64,000 bases of DNA, from NCBI GenBank assembly GCA_041649675.1, contig JBAZMQ010000002.1, positions 65,920 to 129,919 of the forward strand, in the 5' to 3' direction. Origin of the DNA: Patescibacteria group bacterium. GTDB lineage: Bacteria; Patescibacteriota; Patescibacteriia; Buchananbacterales; UBA6539. The notes beneath the pieces are model-generated. The model had not been told where the DNA came from and made no database searches. It saw only the letters and a list, made by a program, of their open reading frames with translations. The number at the start of each line of letters is the position of its first letter. Positions within the stretch are counted from its first letter, which is position 1. A program made the position numbers and the translations under genes. Below are positions 31,400-40,673 of this stretch, piece after piece.

Positions 31400-34300
31400 T
31401 TATTGGACACATTCTTCACCGCTTGGACAGTCATCTTTGTTATCACAACCAATAGCTGTAGTCGTCTTGCAATGACGGCAAGGAATTGCACTCTTAGAAC
31501 CGTTGCAACAGTAAGGTTCAGTTCGACTAACCTGGCAACAACTGCCTGGATTGCTTGCTAAATCACAAAAGTTAATACAATGTTGACCAACGGGGCAATC
31601 CAAGTCACCAGTACAGGCTAAATTAGTTGTGGCGCTGCAATGGGTATAAGAATCACAAGTTTCACCAGTCGGACAATCACTATTCAAATTACAAGCTGTA
31701 GTTTTAGTTAAGTTGCAATTACCATTCAAAGCCTTTGGACCTTCGGAAGGCAAATAACAATTTTGATAGACATCCTGAATACCAGAACCAATCTCCGTAC
31801 CGTAATCAGTTACTTCAGCCAGTTTGGTATGGAAAAGTAAAGTCTGAGTTCGGTCGGCGTAAGTATCAAGCGGCGGCAAATCAATATCGCGTTTACCTAC
31901 CCACCAACCGACTTGAAAAGTAGATGGATTAACCAAGGTAACATAACGTTTATTCAAACAACGTTTAGAACCACAATCACTGTTTTGTTCACAAAAAGTC
32001 TGGGTGGTCTCATTTTTACATTTATTATCCTGGCAAGTCTCGCCCTGCTTGGTGTTACAGTCCTTACTTTCTGTACTCGGGTCACAATAGCAATAGCCAT
32101 CGCGATAGTTACTGCCGGATTTGAGAGTGCTGCTCATCATTACCTGATCAAAAGCCGCTTCAACCGGTAAAGTTAAGCTGACGCCATTGGCCGCAATGTT
32201 TGGACCAACCGAGACTAGATTGGCTGGTGTTAATTTAAGACCTTTGTTGATGAAAAAATACCAAATTAAATCATCACCTTGAGAGTCAGGCAAATTAACA
32301 CACTTATTGCCACTGCCACAGGTACTATCACTAGAACAATATTTTGTCTGATCGTTGGAACAGACTTTGTTTAAGGCATAAGCCGGCTTGCCGCTTTGGT
32401 TGCCGATTTCCGTATTAACATCAATGTAACCCGGACCTTCAGCCCGACCAAAAATACTGCCGCTAGCCATGGCATAAATATTATTATTACCGTTAAAAGA
32501 ATTATTGGCGGCATCAGTTAAACCGCCGGCTGGATTTGCCGCCTGCGGATAAAAAGCATTTACCGTATCCGGTGCGGTACCAAAAACTCCCTGACAAACT
32601 TTGCTGCCGTCTGCTGCGGCCACACAAGTGGTAAAACCAGGGTCAGTACATTTCTTTTCAGCATCATCACAATCCTTTAATTTACCGGCCTTAATAAAGA
32701 CTCGGTATTTGGTGGCGTCAATATCAGCCAGCGCCGGCAAACAATAAACCTTATCGCCGCAGGAATTTTTTACTGATTCACAGCTACCACCGCCACAAGT
32801 TAAAGACTCACTGCAAGCTTGACCATCTTTGGTTCCGCCGTAGCAAATCTTGCATTGATTTTCTGGAATAAATTCAACTGTTTGGTATTGATTACTGACT
32901 AAAAATTTACCGGCCACATCGGTCCAGGTTGGAGTTTGGGTCGGATTAGAATTACTGTTATATTGGACTTTAATTGCTGTTCCGGCTTGAGCCGCAATCG
33001 GATCAATTGGTTCATTAAAATCAATAGTAATAATTGTATTTCTTGGTTTATCAGCCGCGTCGTTGGCTGTAGAATTCAATTCTGAGTCACTGCCAATAGT
33101 AGTGCTGATTGTTGCCCAATCAGCCCCGCTTGGCTTAGTATCAACCATAAAATTACCAGCATGACCAATAATGCCTGATGTCAAAGTGACTTTATTGCCA
33201 TCAAGTACCGCGGTGATTGGCGGCGTCAGGCTGTCAGCTGCGATTTTTTTCTGAATATTTCCAGCGGTAACAGCTGGCGCACCAACGGCAATATCAGTGC
33301 CAAAAGTGTAAACTTTATTAGCAATCCGTAAACCATCTGGCTGGGTAAAAGATGTTAAGGTTACTTCCCATTGATCAGCGCCATTACTAGGATTAATAAA
33401 GGATAAGGTAATTCCATCGCCTAAAGTTAAGGTGTTATTAGCGATAGTGTAGCTAGACGGTGCCCCGTCGCGAAGGGGCGACCAAGTGGCCGCAGCGCTG
33501 GTTTTAGTCGCTCCACTATTTAGCAACAAAGTAACCTTTCCGTTATAAGTACCATTATAATTACCATTAGTCACAATTTTTGGCATCGCACTTGGACTTT
33601 CACCATCCATGTTGGCGGCACTACAAGCCGGGTCAGCCATATCAATTTTGCCATTACTATTATTATCAATTCCATCCGCGCAGGCATAAGTTGGCGCTCT
33701 TCTAACAGCACTAACCGTAGCGCCACTATAAGTCCTGGGAGTACCAGTAATAGTAATTTGGGCTATGGCCGCAGTGCCAATAGTGGCAGAATACTTGTCA
33801 GCTTCATTATCCGGCTGCGGAAAAACACCACTGTTTTCAACTGGGTCTAAATCTAGGTGAGTGCCAATTTCAAACCGCCACATGAAATAATTACTACTGC
33901 CAGGAAATGCCGTATCACCATTATCTTTCTTTACTCCATTACCTAATTTGACAGCATACCAAACATTATTAGTGCCATCACCCAAATACTGAACGGGTTG
34001 GAAAGTAAAGGTTAAGCCGTCAACACTAGAGGCACTAACATTGGTTAATTTATTCTTATCAATTTCGGCTTCTGACAGTTTATAAATATAAGGATAAATC
34101 TTGACATTATCAGCATTCACTAAACCAGAACAAGGGGCAGCCACGCTGCAAGCTTCTGCCGCCTCTTTAATCAAAGTATCCGGTTTCATTTTGACTTTGA
34201 AAGTCACCATGATTTTGGTATTTCTGGCAACATCACGGGCTAACGGCAACGGATAAACACTTTGGATGATTCCATTGCCTAAGTGACCGCAGTTTTCGCA

Positions 34301-34729
34301 GCCAATCGGCGGCTGGACAGTACCACCCGGACCACCCGGACGAAAGCTGTCTTGAAGCATATTAATAATAAAGCTAACGATACTGAAGGCTGAAAAAATA
34401 ATTAGCAAACCAATGGCCGCATTACGTAAAATCCGTTTGGCTTGATCAATTTTTTCAGCGTTGCCAGCTGAAGTCATCCAAATATAGCCGGCATAAATGA
34501 TGATTACAATAGCAATAATGCCAACTAAGCCCAAAAAGATTTGGATAATCCTCATGATGGTCACCCTGATGTCTTGAGTGCTTAAGCCAGTGGCCGTGCC
34601 GTAACTTAAACCGGTGTCTAAAGCGGCCCAAACCGGAGAAACCAACATTAAAAATAAAACTACCAGTCCAAAAATAAGCATGGTAGTTCTATTTCTCTGG
34701 GAACTGAAAAAGTTTTTTTGTTTATTCAT
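31400..34729 (-). CDS. 1109-aa T4SS-pilin-fused Ig-like (Big_5) Cys-rich surface protein
   Basis: N-terminus paralogous to the giant protein (ALDTG..YG...GL.TQD.RVT.M.II); Big_5-like VYPLPLARDVARNTKIMVTF and PRNTIITIDFNEPID; C-terminal C...C....DCP.G..C repeats. Confidence 0.88.
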   Translation of the reverse strand: MNKQKNFFSSQRNRTTMLIFGLVVLFLMLVSPVWAALDTGLSYGTATGLSTQDIRVTIMRIIQIFLGLVGIIAIVIIIYAGYIWMTSAGNAEKIDQAKRILRNAAIGLLIIFSAFSIVSFIINMLQDSFRPGGPGGTVQPPIGCENCGHLGNGIIQSVYPLPLARDVARNTKIMVTFKVKMKPDTLIKEAAEACSVAAPCSGLVNADNVKIYPYIYKLSEAEIDKNKLTNVSASSVDGLTFTFQPVQYLGDGTNNVWYAVKLGNGVKKDNGDTAFPGSSNYFMWRFEIGTHLDLDPVENSGVFPQPDNEADKYSATIGTAAIAQITITGTPRTYSGATVSAVRRAPTYACADGIDNNSNGKIDMADPACSAANMDGESPSAMPKIVTNGNYNGTYNGKVTLLLNSGATKTSAAATWSPLRDGAPSSYTIANNTLTLGDGITLSFINPSNGADQWEVTLTSFTQPDGLRIANKVYTFGTDIAVGAPAVTAGNIQKKIAADSLTPPITAVLDGNKVTLTSGIIGHAGNFMVDTKPSGADWATISTTIGSDSELNSTANDAADKPRNTIITIDFNEPIDPIAAQAGTAIKVQYNSNSNPTQTPTWTDVAGKFLVSNQYQTVEFIPENQCKICYGGTKDGQACSESLTCGGGSCESVKNSCGDKVYCLPALADIDATKYRVFIKAGKLKDCDDAEKKCTDPGFTTCVAAADGSKVCQGVFGTAPDTVNAFYPQAANPAGGLTDAANNSFNGNNNIYAMASGSIFGRAEGPGYIDVNTEIGNQSGKPAYALNKVCSNDQTKYCSSDSTCGSGNKCVNLPDSQGDDLIWYFFINKGLKLTPANLVSVGPNIAANGVSLTLPVEAAFDQVMMSSTLKSGSNYRDGYCYCDPSTESKDCNTKQGETCQDNKCKNETTQTFCEQNSDCGSKRCLNKRYVTLVNPSTFQVGWWVGKRDIDLPPLDTYADRTQTLLFHTKLAEVTDYGTEIGSGIQDVYQNCYLPSEGPKALNGNCNLTKTTACNLNSDCPTGETCDSYTHCSATTNLACTGDLDCPVGQHCINFCDLASNPGSCCQVSRTEPYCCNGSKSAIPCRHCKTTTAIGCDNKDDCPSGEECVQ

Positions 34730-34821
34730 AAGTTTACTCCCTGTAAAAAATATAAATAATATATATTAAATAATTTGTTCCCAAATTATATTCTTTAAAG
34801 TCTCCTTTTAAACTTTAAAGA

Positions 34822-35277
34822 CTATTTTTTGCTACTTAATTCCTCTTTAACTAGCTGACTAACAACATTACCATCCGCCTGACCAGCCAACTCCTTCATG
34901 ACCAAACCCATTACTTTGCCTGTGTCTTGCGGACCTAAAGCTCCAACTTTCTTAATAATTTCCGCAATTTTTTGTCTGATCACTTCTGGCTCAATTTCCG
35001 CCGGTAGATATTTACTGATAATTTCAATTTCTTTGCTTTCTTTATCAGCCAACTCTTGGCGTCCGCCTTGGACGTAGAGAGCAATGGCATCCTTTCTTTT
35101 CTTTATTTCGCTTCTCAATAACTTAATCACTTCTGGCTCAGTCAATTTCTGCCGATTTTTAGCAATTTCCGCGTTAGTCACAGCCGATTTAAGCTGACGT
35201 AAAACCAAAACTACCAGCTCATTTTTTGCTTTAAATGCCTGGTTAAAATCCTGTTCCAACTGTGTTAGCACGTCCAT
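34822..35277 (-). CDS. yqeY: GatB/YqeY domain protein
   Basis: EIKKRKDAI..Y..GGRQELADKE..EI.II.KYLP; GKVMG.VMKEL.GQADG. Confidence 0.92.
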   Translation of the reverse strand: MDVLTQLEQDFNQAFKAKNELVVLVLRQLKSAVTNAEIAKNRQKLTEPEVIKLLRSEIKKRKDAIALYVQGGRQELADKESKEIEIISKYLPAEIEPEVIRQKIAEIIKKVGALGPQDTGKVMGLVMKELAGQADGNVVSQLVKEELSSKK

Positions 35278-35283
35278 TGGATT

Positions 35284-35523
35284 TTAGCGGTAATTACTAG
35301 TATTTTCTTCTTTTAATTTACCAATTTTTTTCAAATATTCCCGTTTTTCCCGGATATCTTTTTTTCGTAAAGCTTCCCGGCGAACTTTGTTCTTGTTCTT
35401 TGGTTTTTCGTGAAAACGAATTTTTCGGGACTGAATCAATCGGCCGCTTTGTTGTAATTTTTTATGAAACCTTCGGACTAAACTCTCAAAAGTTTCGCTT
35501 TTCTTTCTTTTTACTTCTGACAC
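35284..35523 (-). CDS. rpsU: 30S ribosomal protein bS21
   Basis: ETFESLVRRF, FHEKP; basic; rpsU-yqeY synteny; GGAGG RBS before GTG. Confidence 0.85.
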   Translation of the reverse strand: MSEVKRKKSETFESLVRRFHKKLQQSGRLIQSRKIRFHEKPKNKNKVRREALRKKDIREKREYLKKIGKLKEENTSNYR

Positions 35524-35632
35524 CTGATATTCACCTCCTTAGTGTGAATGAATCGATTAATTTTTAAATAAAATTTTATTAGATTAACTGTCTTTACAAT
35601 AACATCTTCCGCTAAATAAGTCAACAATTAAA

Positions 35633-36967
35633 TTAAGATGTACGATTAGCCAATTTTTTCTTAATCTCATTAACTGTCTTGTTAAAATCAATAATCTCCT
35701 GAACCCCACTTTCCATGTCCCGAATCAAAATTGTCCCATCCATTACCTCTTTCTGCCCCAAAATCAAAGCGTATTTGACCTTCAATTTATTAGATATTTC
35801 CAATTGTGATTTGAGACTGTCTTTGGAAAAGCTTTCAGCCACTTTAATATTTTCCTTACGTAGTTGTTCAAATAAAATCAAAGCTTTGATTTTAGCTTGA
35901 TCACCAATCTGAGCTAAAAATACTTCAGGCTGATCGTCATTAGGAATTTTAACTTCCTTCTGCCTTAATTGACTAATTATTCTTTCAATACCAACGGCCA
36001 CTCCTACTGCCGGAGTCGGCCGGCCACCAAGCAATTCAACTAAGCCATCATATCGCCCGCCGCCGCACAACGCACTTTGAGCGCCTTCTTTGACTTCTTT
36101 TGGCCAAACCTCAAAAACGGTTCGGGTGTAATAATCCAAACCACGAACCAAATAAGGATTTAATTTATAAGAAACATTTAATTCGTCTAAATAGTTTACT
36201 AATTTCATAAAATGATTCTTGCAATCTTCGTCTAACCAATCAATAATTTGTGGCGCATCAGCTTTGGCAATCTGACAAGTCGGATTTTTGCAGTCCAAAA
36301 GACGCAACGGATTTTTGACCAAGCGCTTTTTGCAGTCTTCGCAAAGTAATTTTCTCTTACTCTTATAATAAGTGGTTAATTCTTGAATATAAGTTTTGCG
36401 GCATTGAGGACAACCAATACTATTAACCTGGATACTGATTTGATCTAAACCGATTTGGTTAAAAAAGTTGTTAACTACCACAATTATTTGAGCATCAATT
36501 ACCGGATTATCATCGCCTAAAATTTCAAAACCAAATTGGTGAAATTGGCGCTGGCGGCCAGATTGCGGCCTTTCGCGCCGAAACATTGGTCCCCAATAAA
36601 AAAGTTTGACTGGCTGAGGCAAATTAGCCATACCATGATTAATATAAGCTCGGGCGATAGAAGCTGTCGCTTCCGGCCGTAAAACTACCAAACCATCACT
36701 TTGATCGGCAAAACTAAACATCTCTTTTTCAACAATATCGGTCTGTTTACCGATTGAACGAACAAAAAGATTAGCTTCTTCCAAAATCGGCGAATCAATC
36801 CGGTCAAAGCCATAGCCAAAAGCAAAACTTTCAGCGGCTTGGCGAATGAAATGCCAATAATTCTGTTCGGCGGGTAAAATATCTTTAAACCCACGCAAAA
36901 GTTGAGAAGTTTTTTGCGCCGCTGGAATTTTACCGACTTTTTTAATTTTTTTATCAACAGATTTCAT
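35633..36967 (-). CDS. hisS: Histidine--tRNA ligase
   Basis: LRPEATA, FRRERPQSGRQRQFHQ, LVRGLDYY, GGGRYDGL. Confidence 0.97.
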   Translation of the reverse strand: MKSVDKKIKKVGKIPAAQKTSQLLRGFKDILPAEQNYWHFIRQAAESFAFGYGFDRIDSPILEEANLFVRSIGKQTDIVEKEMFSFADQSDGLVVLRPEATASIARAYINHGMANLPQPVKLFYWGPMFRRERPQSGRQRQFHQFGFEILGDDNPVIDAQIIVVVNNFFNQIGLDQISIQVNSIGCPQCRKTYIQELTTYYKSKRKLLCEDCKKRLVKNPLRLLDCKNPTCQIAKADAPQIIDWLDEDCKNHFMKLVNYLDELNVSYKLNPYLVRGLDYYTRTVFEVWPKEVKEGAQSALCGGGRYDGLVELLGGRPTPAVGVAVGIERIISQLRQKEVKIPNDDQPEVFLAQIGDQAKIKALILFEQLRKENIKVAESFSKDSLKSQLEISNKLKVKYALILGQKEVMDGTILIRDMESGVQEIIDFNKTVNEIKKKLANRTS

Positions 36968-36971
36968 AAAA

Positions 36972-37589
36972 TTATAAATTATAATTTAAATTATTTGTAA
37001 GTATTCCAATCCGGTTAACGGGCCAACCCCGCCAGAGAGTTTTGCCAACGACATATTCTCGCTTAACCGGGCCAAAAGCTCTTGAATCCAAACTATGAAG
37101 CCGATTATCCCCCAACAAATAATACTCATCTGATTTTAATGTTACTTCAACATCACCCAAAGTCAGGGTACCTTCGGCCAAATAATCTTCTTCCAACAAC
37201 ATACCGTTAGGATATTTAGCATTAAAAATAAAAACTTGACCATCACCGACTCTAACTTTTTCACCGGGCAAACCAATAACGCGCTTAATAAAAAATTGGC
37301 TAGTATCAAACGGGTAACGAAAAACTACAACGTCGCCGCGCTCGGGCTCGCCTAGCCGATAACCAATTTCATTAATTATTAAATATTCATGATCAAAAAA
37401 ACTTGGTTCCATGGAAGCACCCTTAACATAGAAAGGTTTAATTAAAAAATAACGAACCGGCACGATAATTGCCAAAGAGATTACAACGACCTTAAAAACC
37501 TCCCAAAGAAAAATTAGAATTTGTTTGGCGGCTGAAAGATCTTGGTCTTGAATATGAGGTGGGTATTTATCTTTTTTAAACAGACTCAT
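36972..37589 (-). CDS. lepB: Signal peptidase I
   Basis: GASMEP, FIKRVIGLPG, GDNR..SLDSR.FG. Confidence 0.95.
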   Translation of the reverse strand: MSLFKKDKYPPHIQDQDLSAAKQILIFLWEVFKVVVISLAIIVPVRYFLIKPFYVKGASMEPSFFDHEYLIINEIGYRLGEPERGDVVVFRYPFDTSQFFIKRVIGLPGEKVRVGDGQVFIFNAKYPNGMLLEEDYLAEGTLTLGDVEVTLKSDEYYLLGDNRLHSLDSRAFGPVKREYVVGKTLWRGWPVNRIGILTNNLNYNL

Positions 37590-37595
37590 TTTTTT

Positions 37596-37669
37596 AGAAT
37601 TACGAATTATGAATTATGAATAAGGGAAGGAATGACCTGCCTAATTCCTAATTCTTAATTCCTAATTCT
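37596..37669. repeat. Empty inverted heptamer array (GAATTAN)n...(NTAATTC)n
   Basis: agaattacgaattatgaattatgaat ... taattcctaattcttaattcctaattct, filling the glpQ-lepB junction. Confidence 0.75.
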
Positions 37670-37673
37670 TTCT

Positions 37674-38399
37674 CTACAGTCGATCCGGATAATTAGTAAT
37701 AATACCATCAATACCCAATCCTTTAAGATAATCAATCTTTTTTATATCATCAACCGTCCAGGCACAAATTCTAATCCCTTTCCTTTTGAAAAGTTCAACT
37801 TTCTTTTTGTTTAAAAAATGATAATTGATACAAAGATAACTAGCATTTGCTCGTTTTACCAGCCAGCTAATATAATATTTAGTTATTGGCAAAAATAAAA
37901 CCGCTAAAAAATCCATAATAAACCAAAAAGAAAATACGTTTCCGGCTCGAAAAACTAAAGCTGTTGTAATTGCTGGTTCTAATTGTTCGGCAACTCTAAT
38001 CTCCGAAGCCAGATTTGAAGAAATCATGATATCTTCAAAATTGACCTTATAATCCCGCAAGGTTTGAACAATAATTTGAGCACTATTATTGGCTTTTATT
38101 TCAATATCCAAACCAACTTTACCATCAATCACTTCTAAAACCTCACCTAGAGTTGGGATGGTTTCACCTTCAACCAATTTCAATTCTTTAACTTGCTGCA
38201 AAGTCAGTTTGTCAATCCGGCCTCGAGTTTGAGTTAAGCGCTTCAAATTATTATCATGAATTACAATCGGATGTTTATCTTTAGTAATCCGAACGTCAAA
38301 TTCAATCATGTCAACGCCCAACTCCAAGGCCTTGCGAAAAGATGATAAAGTATTTTCCGGCGCGTAAGCTTTGGCACCGCGGTGACCGATTCTTAACAT
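37674..38399 (-). CDS. glpQ: Glycerophosphodiester phosphodiesterase
   Basis: IGHRGA...PENT, IEFDV, VIHD, WTVD, GIITNYPD. Confidence 0.9.
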   Translation of the reverse strand: MLRIGHRGAKAYAPENTLSSFRKALELGVDMIEFDVRITKDKHPIVIHDNNLKRLTQTRGRIDKLTLQQVKELKLVEGETIPTLGEVLEVIDGKVGLDIEIKANNSAQIIVQTLRDYKVNFEDIMISSNLASEIRVAEQLEPAITTALVFRAGNVFSFWFIMDFLAVLFLPITKYYISWLVKRANASYLCINYHFLNKKKVELFKRKGIRICAWTVDDIKKIDYLKGLGIDGIITNYPDRL

Positions 38400-38472
38400 A
38401 AATACAAAAAATTAAATAACACTATTTTCTAAAAATGTGAACCCCGCCCGCTTCGCCTTGCCATTGTTTGCT

Positions 38473-38549
38473 TGGTGGGTTCGAGAGGACTCGAACCTCT
38501 GACCTCTGCAATGTGAATGCAGCGCTCTAACCAACTGAGCTACGAACCC
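38473..38549 (-). tRNA. tRNA-Val(CAC)
   Basis: GGGTTCGTAGCTCAGTTGGTTAGAGCG-CTGCA TT CAC AT TGCAG-...GGTTCGAGTCC...CGAACCCACCA. Confidence 0.95.
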
Positions 38550-38596
38550 TTAAACACAATTCTAATTCTCATTTTAATTTACTTTAAGGCGGTAAA

Positions 38597-38662
38597 GCAA
38601 GGCGGGCGGGTAACCTCCGCCAAAGGCGGATGCGCCTCTGGCGCAAGCTGAGCTACAGACCC
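38597..38662 (-). pseudogene. 5' tRNA remnant interrupted by GC-rich palindromes
   Basis: GGGTCTGTAGCTCAGCT [TGCGCCAGAGGCGCA TCCGCCTTTGGCGGA] GGTTA [CCCGCCCGCC...]; no T-arm or 3' acceptor strand seen. Confidence 0.55.
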
Positions 38663-38759
38663 CCTCTATTTTAAATTATACTGATTCGCCGACTTCGGTG
38701 CGGGGTAAAAAAAGAAAGCGTTTGGGTTCACGATACACCTAAATATTACGCCTTGGTGT

Positions 38760-38890
38760 ATGCCCGGTAGTAGTCCCTCGCCTAAATTATTTTTTGGCCA
38801 GAGAATAAACTTTTTTGCTCAAGTTAAAAATAATATATTACCCTAGTAGTAAAAGTAATTACCCCCTTAAGAGGGATCACTACCGGGTAT
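38760..38890. mobile_element. MITE-like element with ~20-nt terminal inverted repeats
   Basis: atgcccggtagtagtccctc ... gagggatcactaccgggtat; termini resemble the element at 54634. Confidence 0.55.
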
Positions 38891-38903
38891 GCCCGGTAAT
38901 TTT

Positions 38904-38978
38904 AACTATTAACTTTTAGCTTACAGCTATTAGATTTCATTAAACCTGCTAAAAGCTATAAGCTAACAGCTTCAAACT
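38904..38978. repeat. Empty inverted heptamer array (AGCT family)
   Basis: 38949-38971 ctaaaagctataagctaacagct is identical to 47632-47654, the right arm of the second four-helix-bundle element. Confidence 0.8.
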
Positions 38979-39170
38979 ACGTTAATATAGCACATATAAT
39001 AAGATAATTCAAGCCAAAAATTGGCCAAAAATACGAAAAAAATACTTGACAAAAGCATTAATTACCAACTATACTACCTCTTTAAACACGACTAAATCAC
39101 CTTGTCAAGTAGTAATTCATTCTAATTGCCATTTCAACTTTTTTATGGCACAATTAAAGCATTAAAAATT

Positions 39171-40673
39171 ATGCGATCTCATATTGATTTTTTAGATGAA
39201 AAAGACAAACTAGTTGCTAAGCCAAAAAAGAAAAAACTTAGATTGATTAGCAAAATTATTATCTACCTATTAATAATCGGCGGTATTCTTTTTGTTTCCT
39301 CAACTTACGGCATAATTACTTCCGGTGAACATCTAGCCCAAACTTTCGGTAATGTCAGTTTATGGGGACAAATTAAACATTTAATCAGCAGTGATAGTAA
39401 AAAAATAGCCGGGCAAGACGAAGATAGAATTAATATCCTCCTTCTGGGTATTGGCGGTGAAAACCATGATGGCCCCTATTTAACTGATACCAATATCATT
39501 GTCAGCTTCAAACCGTCAACCAAACAAGTAGCTCTAATTTCCATTCCCCGTGACTTATTAGTTCCAATCCCCAATTACGGCTGGCTAAAAATAAATCACG
39601 CCGATGCTTACGGTGAGTTAGCTAACCCCGGCCGTGGCGGGGAATTAAGCAGCCAAGTGGTCAGCAATGTATTCAATATTCCAATTCATTATTATGTTCG
39701 CATTGATTTTTCTGGCTTTAAACAGATCGTTGATGATTTAGGCGGCATAACAGTAAATGTTGAAAATACCCTGGACGACCCAATGTACCCGGTGGCTGGC
39801 AAAGAAAATGCCACTACTACCCAAAGATATGAGCATCTTTACATAAAACCCGGCCAGCAATACCTGAACGGCAGCTTAGCTTTAAAGTTTGTTCGCTCGC
39901 GCCACGCCCTAGGGATTGAAGGTTCTGATTTTGCCCGAAGTAAACGGCAACAAAAAGTATTAATGGCAATCAAAGATAAAGGTTTATCTTTTGGCACTTT
40001 AATTAATCCTTACAAAATCAGCCGGGTCATGGATACTTTAAGCCAACATCTAGCAACCAATCTACAAGTTTGGGAAATTATTGAACTTTATAACCTCGGC
40101 CGAAATATTGATGAACAAAATATTATCAACCGGGTAGTTGATGACAGTCCCGATGGTCCGCTATATGATGCTATTACCGAACAAGGTGCTTTTGTTTTAA
40201 AACCTAAGGCCGGAAATTTTTCCGAGCTGCAAGAAATTGCTCAAAATATTTTTAATTACTCACTAGTTGAAGAAGAAAAATCAGTTACCACTAATATTGA
40301 GCCAAAAAAAGTTACTACCAATACTAATACCAACACCAGCAGCACCAACCCGACCATAGCTAAACCAAAAAAGATTGAGATTCAAAATGGCACCAAAATT
40401 AACGGCTTGGCCTCACGCACCGCGCTTTATCTAAAAAGTTTAGGTTATCAAATAGTAAAAATGGGTAATGCCCCAACCCAAGACTACCAAAAAACTGTTA
40501 TTTATAATCTAAGTACCGATTCAAACAACAAAACAGCAGAGAATATTGCCAAACTTTTAGATTCAGAAGTAGCCAGCGCTTTGCCCGATTGGGTAACTTC
40601 AACTTCAACCCGTAAAGTTAGTGCCAGTGCTGAAGTTTTAATTATTTTGGGCCAAGATCGGCAAGACCTATGA
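39171..40673 (+). CDS. LCP (LytR-CpsA-Psr) family protein with C-terminal LytR_C domain
   Basis: INILLLG, LTDT, SIPRD, KINHA, FVRSRH, SDFARSKRQQ; IEIQNGT..NGLA and IILGQD. Likely start 39171. Confidence 0.92.
   Translation: MRSHIDFLDEKDKLVAKPKKKKLRLISKIIIYLLIIGGILFVSSTYGIITSGEHLAQTFGNVSLWGQIKHLISSDSKKIAGQDEDRINILLLGIGGENHDGPYLTDTNIIVSFKPSTKQVALISIPRDLLVPIPNYGWLKINHADAYGELANPGRGGELSSQVVSNVFNIPIHYYVRIDFSGFKQIVDDLGGITVNVENTLDDPMYPVAGKENATTTQRYEHLYIKPGQQYLNGSLALKFVRSRHALGIEGSDFARSKRQQKVLMAIKDKGLSFGTLINPYKISRVMDTLSQHLATNLQVWEIIELYNLGRNIDEQNIINRVVDDSPDGPLYDAITEQGAFVLKPKAGNFSELQEIAQNIFNYSLVEEEKSVTTNIEPKKVTTNTNTNTSSTNPTIAKPKKIEIQNGTKINGLASRTALYLKSLGYQIVKMGNAPTQDYQKTVIYNLSTDSNNKTAENIAKLLDSEVASALPDWVTSTSTRKVSASAEVLIILGQDRQDL

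Noticed and set aside
10801-32170. Many 60-160 aa alternative-frame ORFs inside the giant genes
   Set aside because: Expected by-products of a long biased coding region; no motifs or expression signals.
39043-39111. Inverted tacttgacaa/ttgtcaagta at the strand switch, considered as origin or operator
   Set aside because: Explained by opposing -35 elements; no DnaA-box cluster or dnaA seen.
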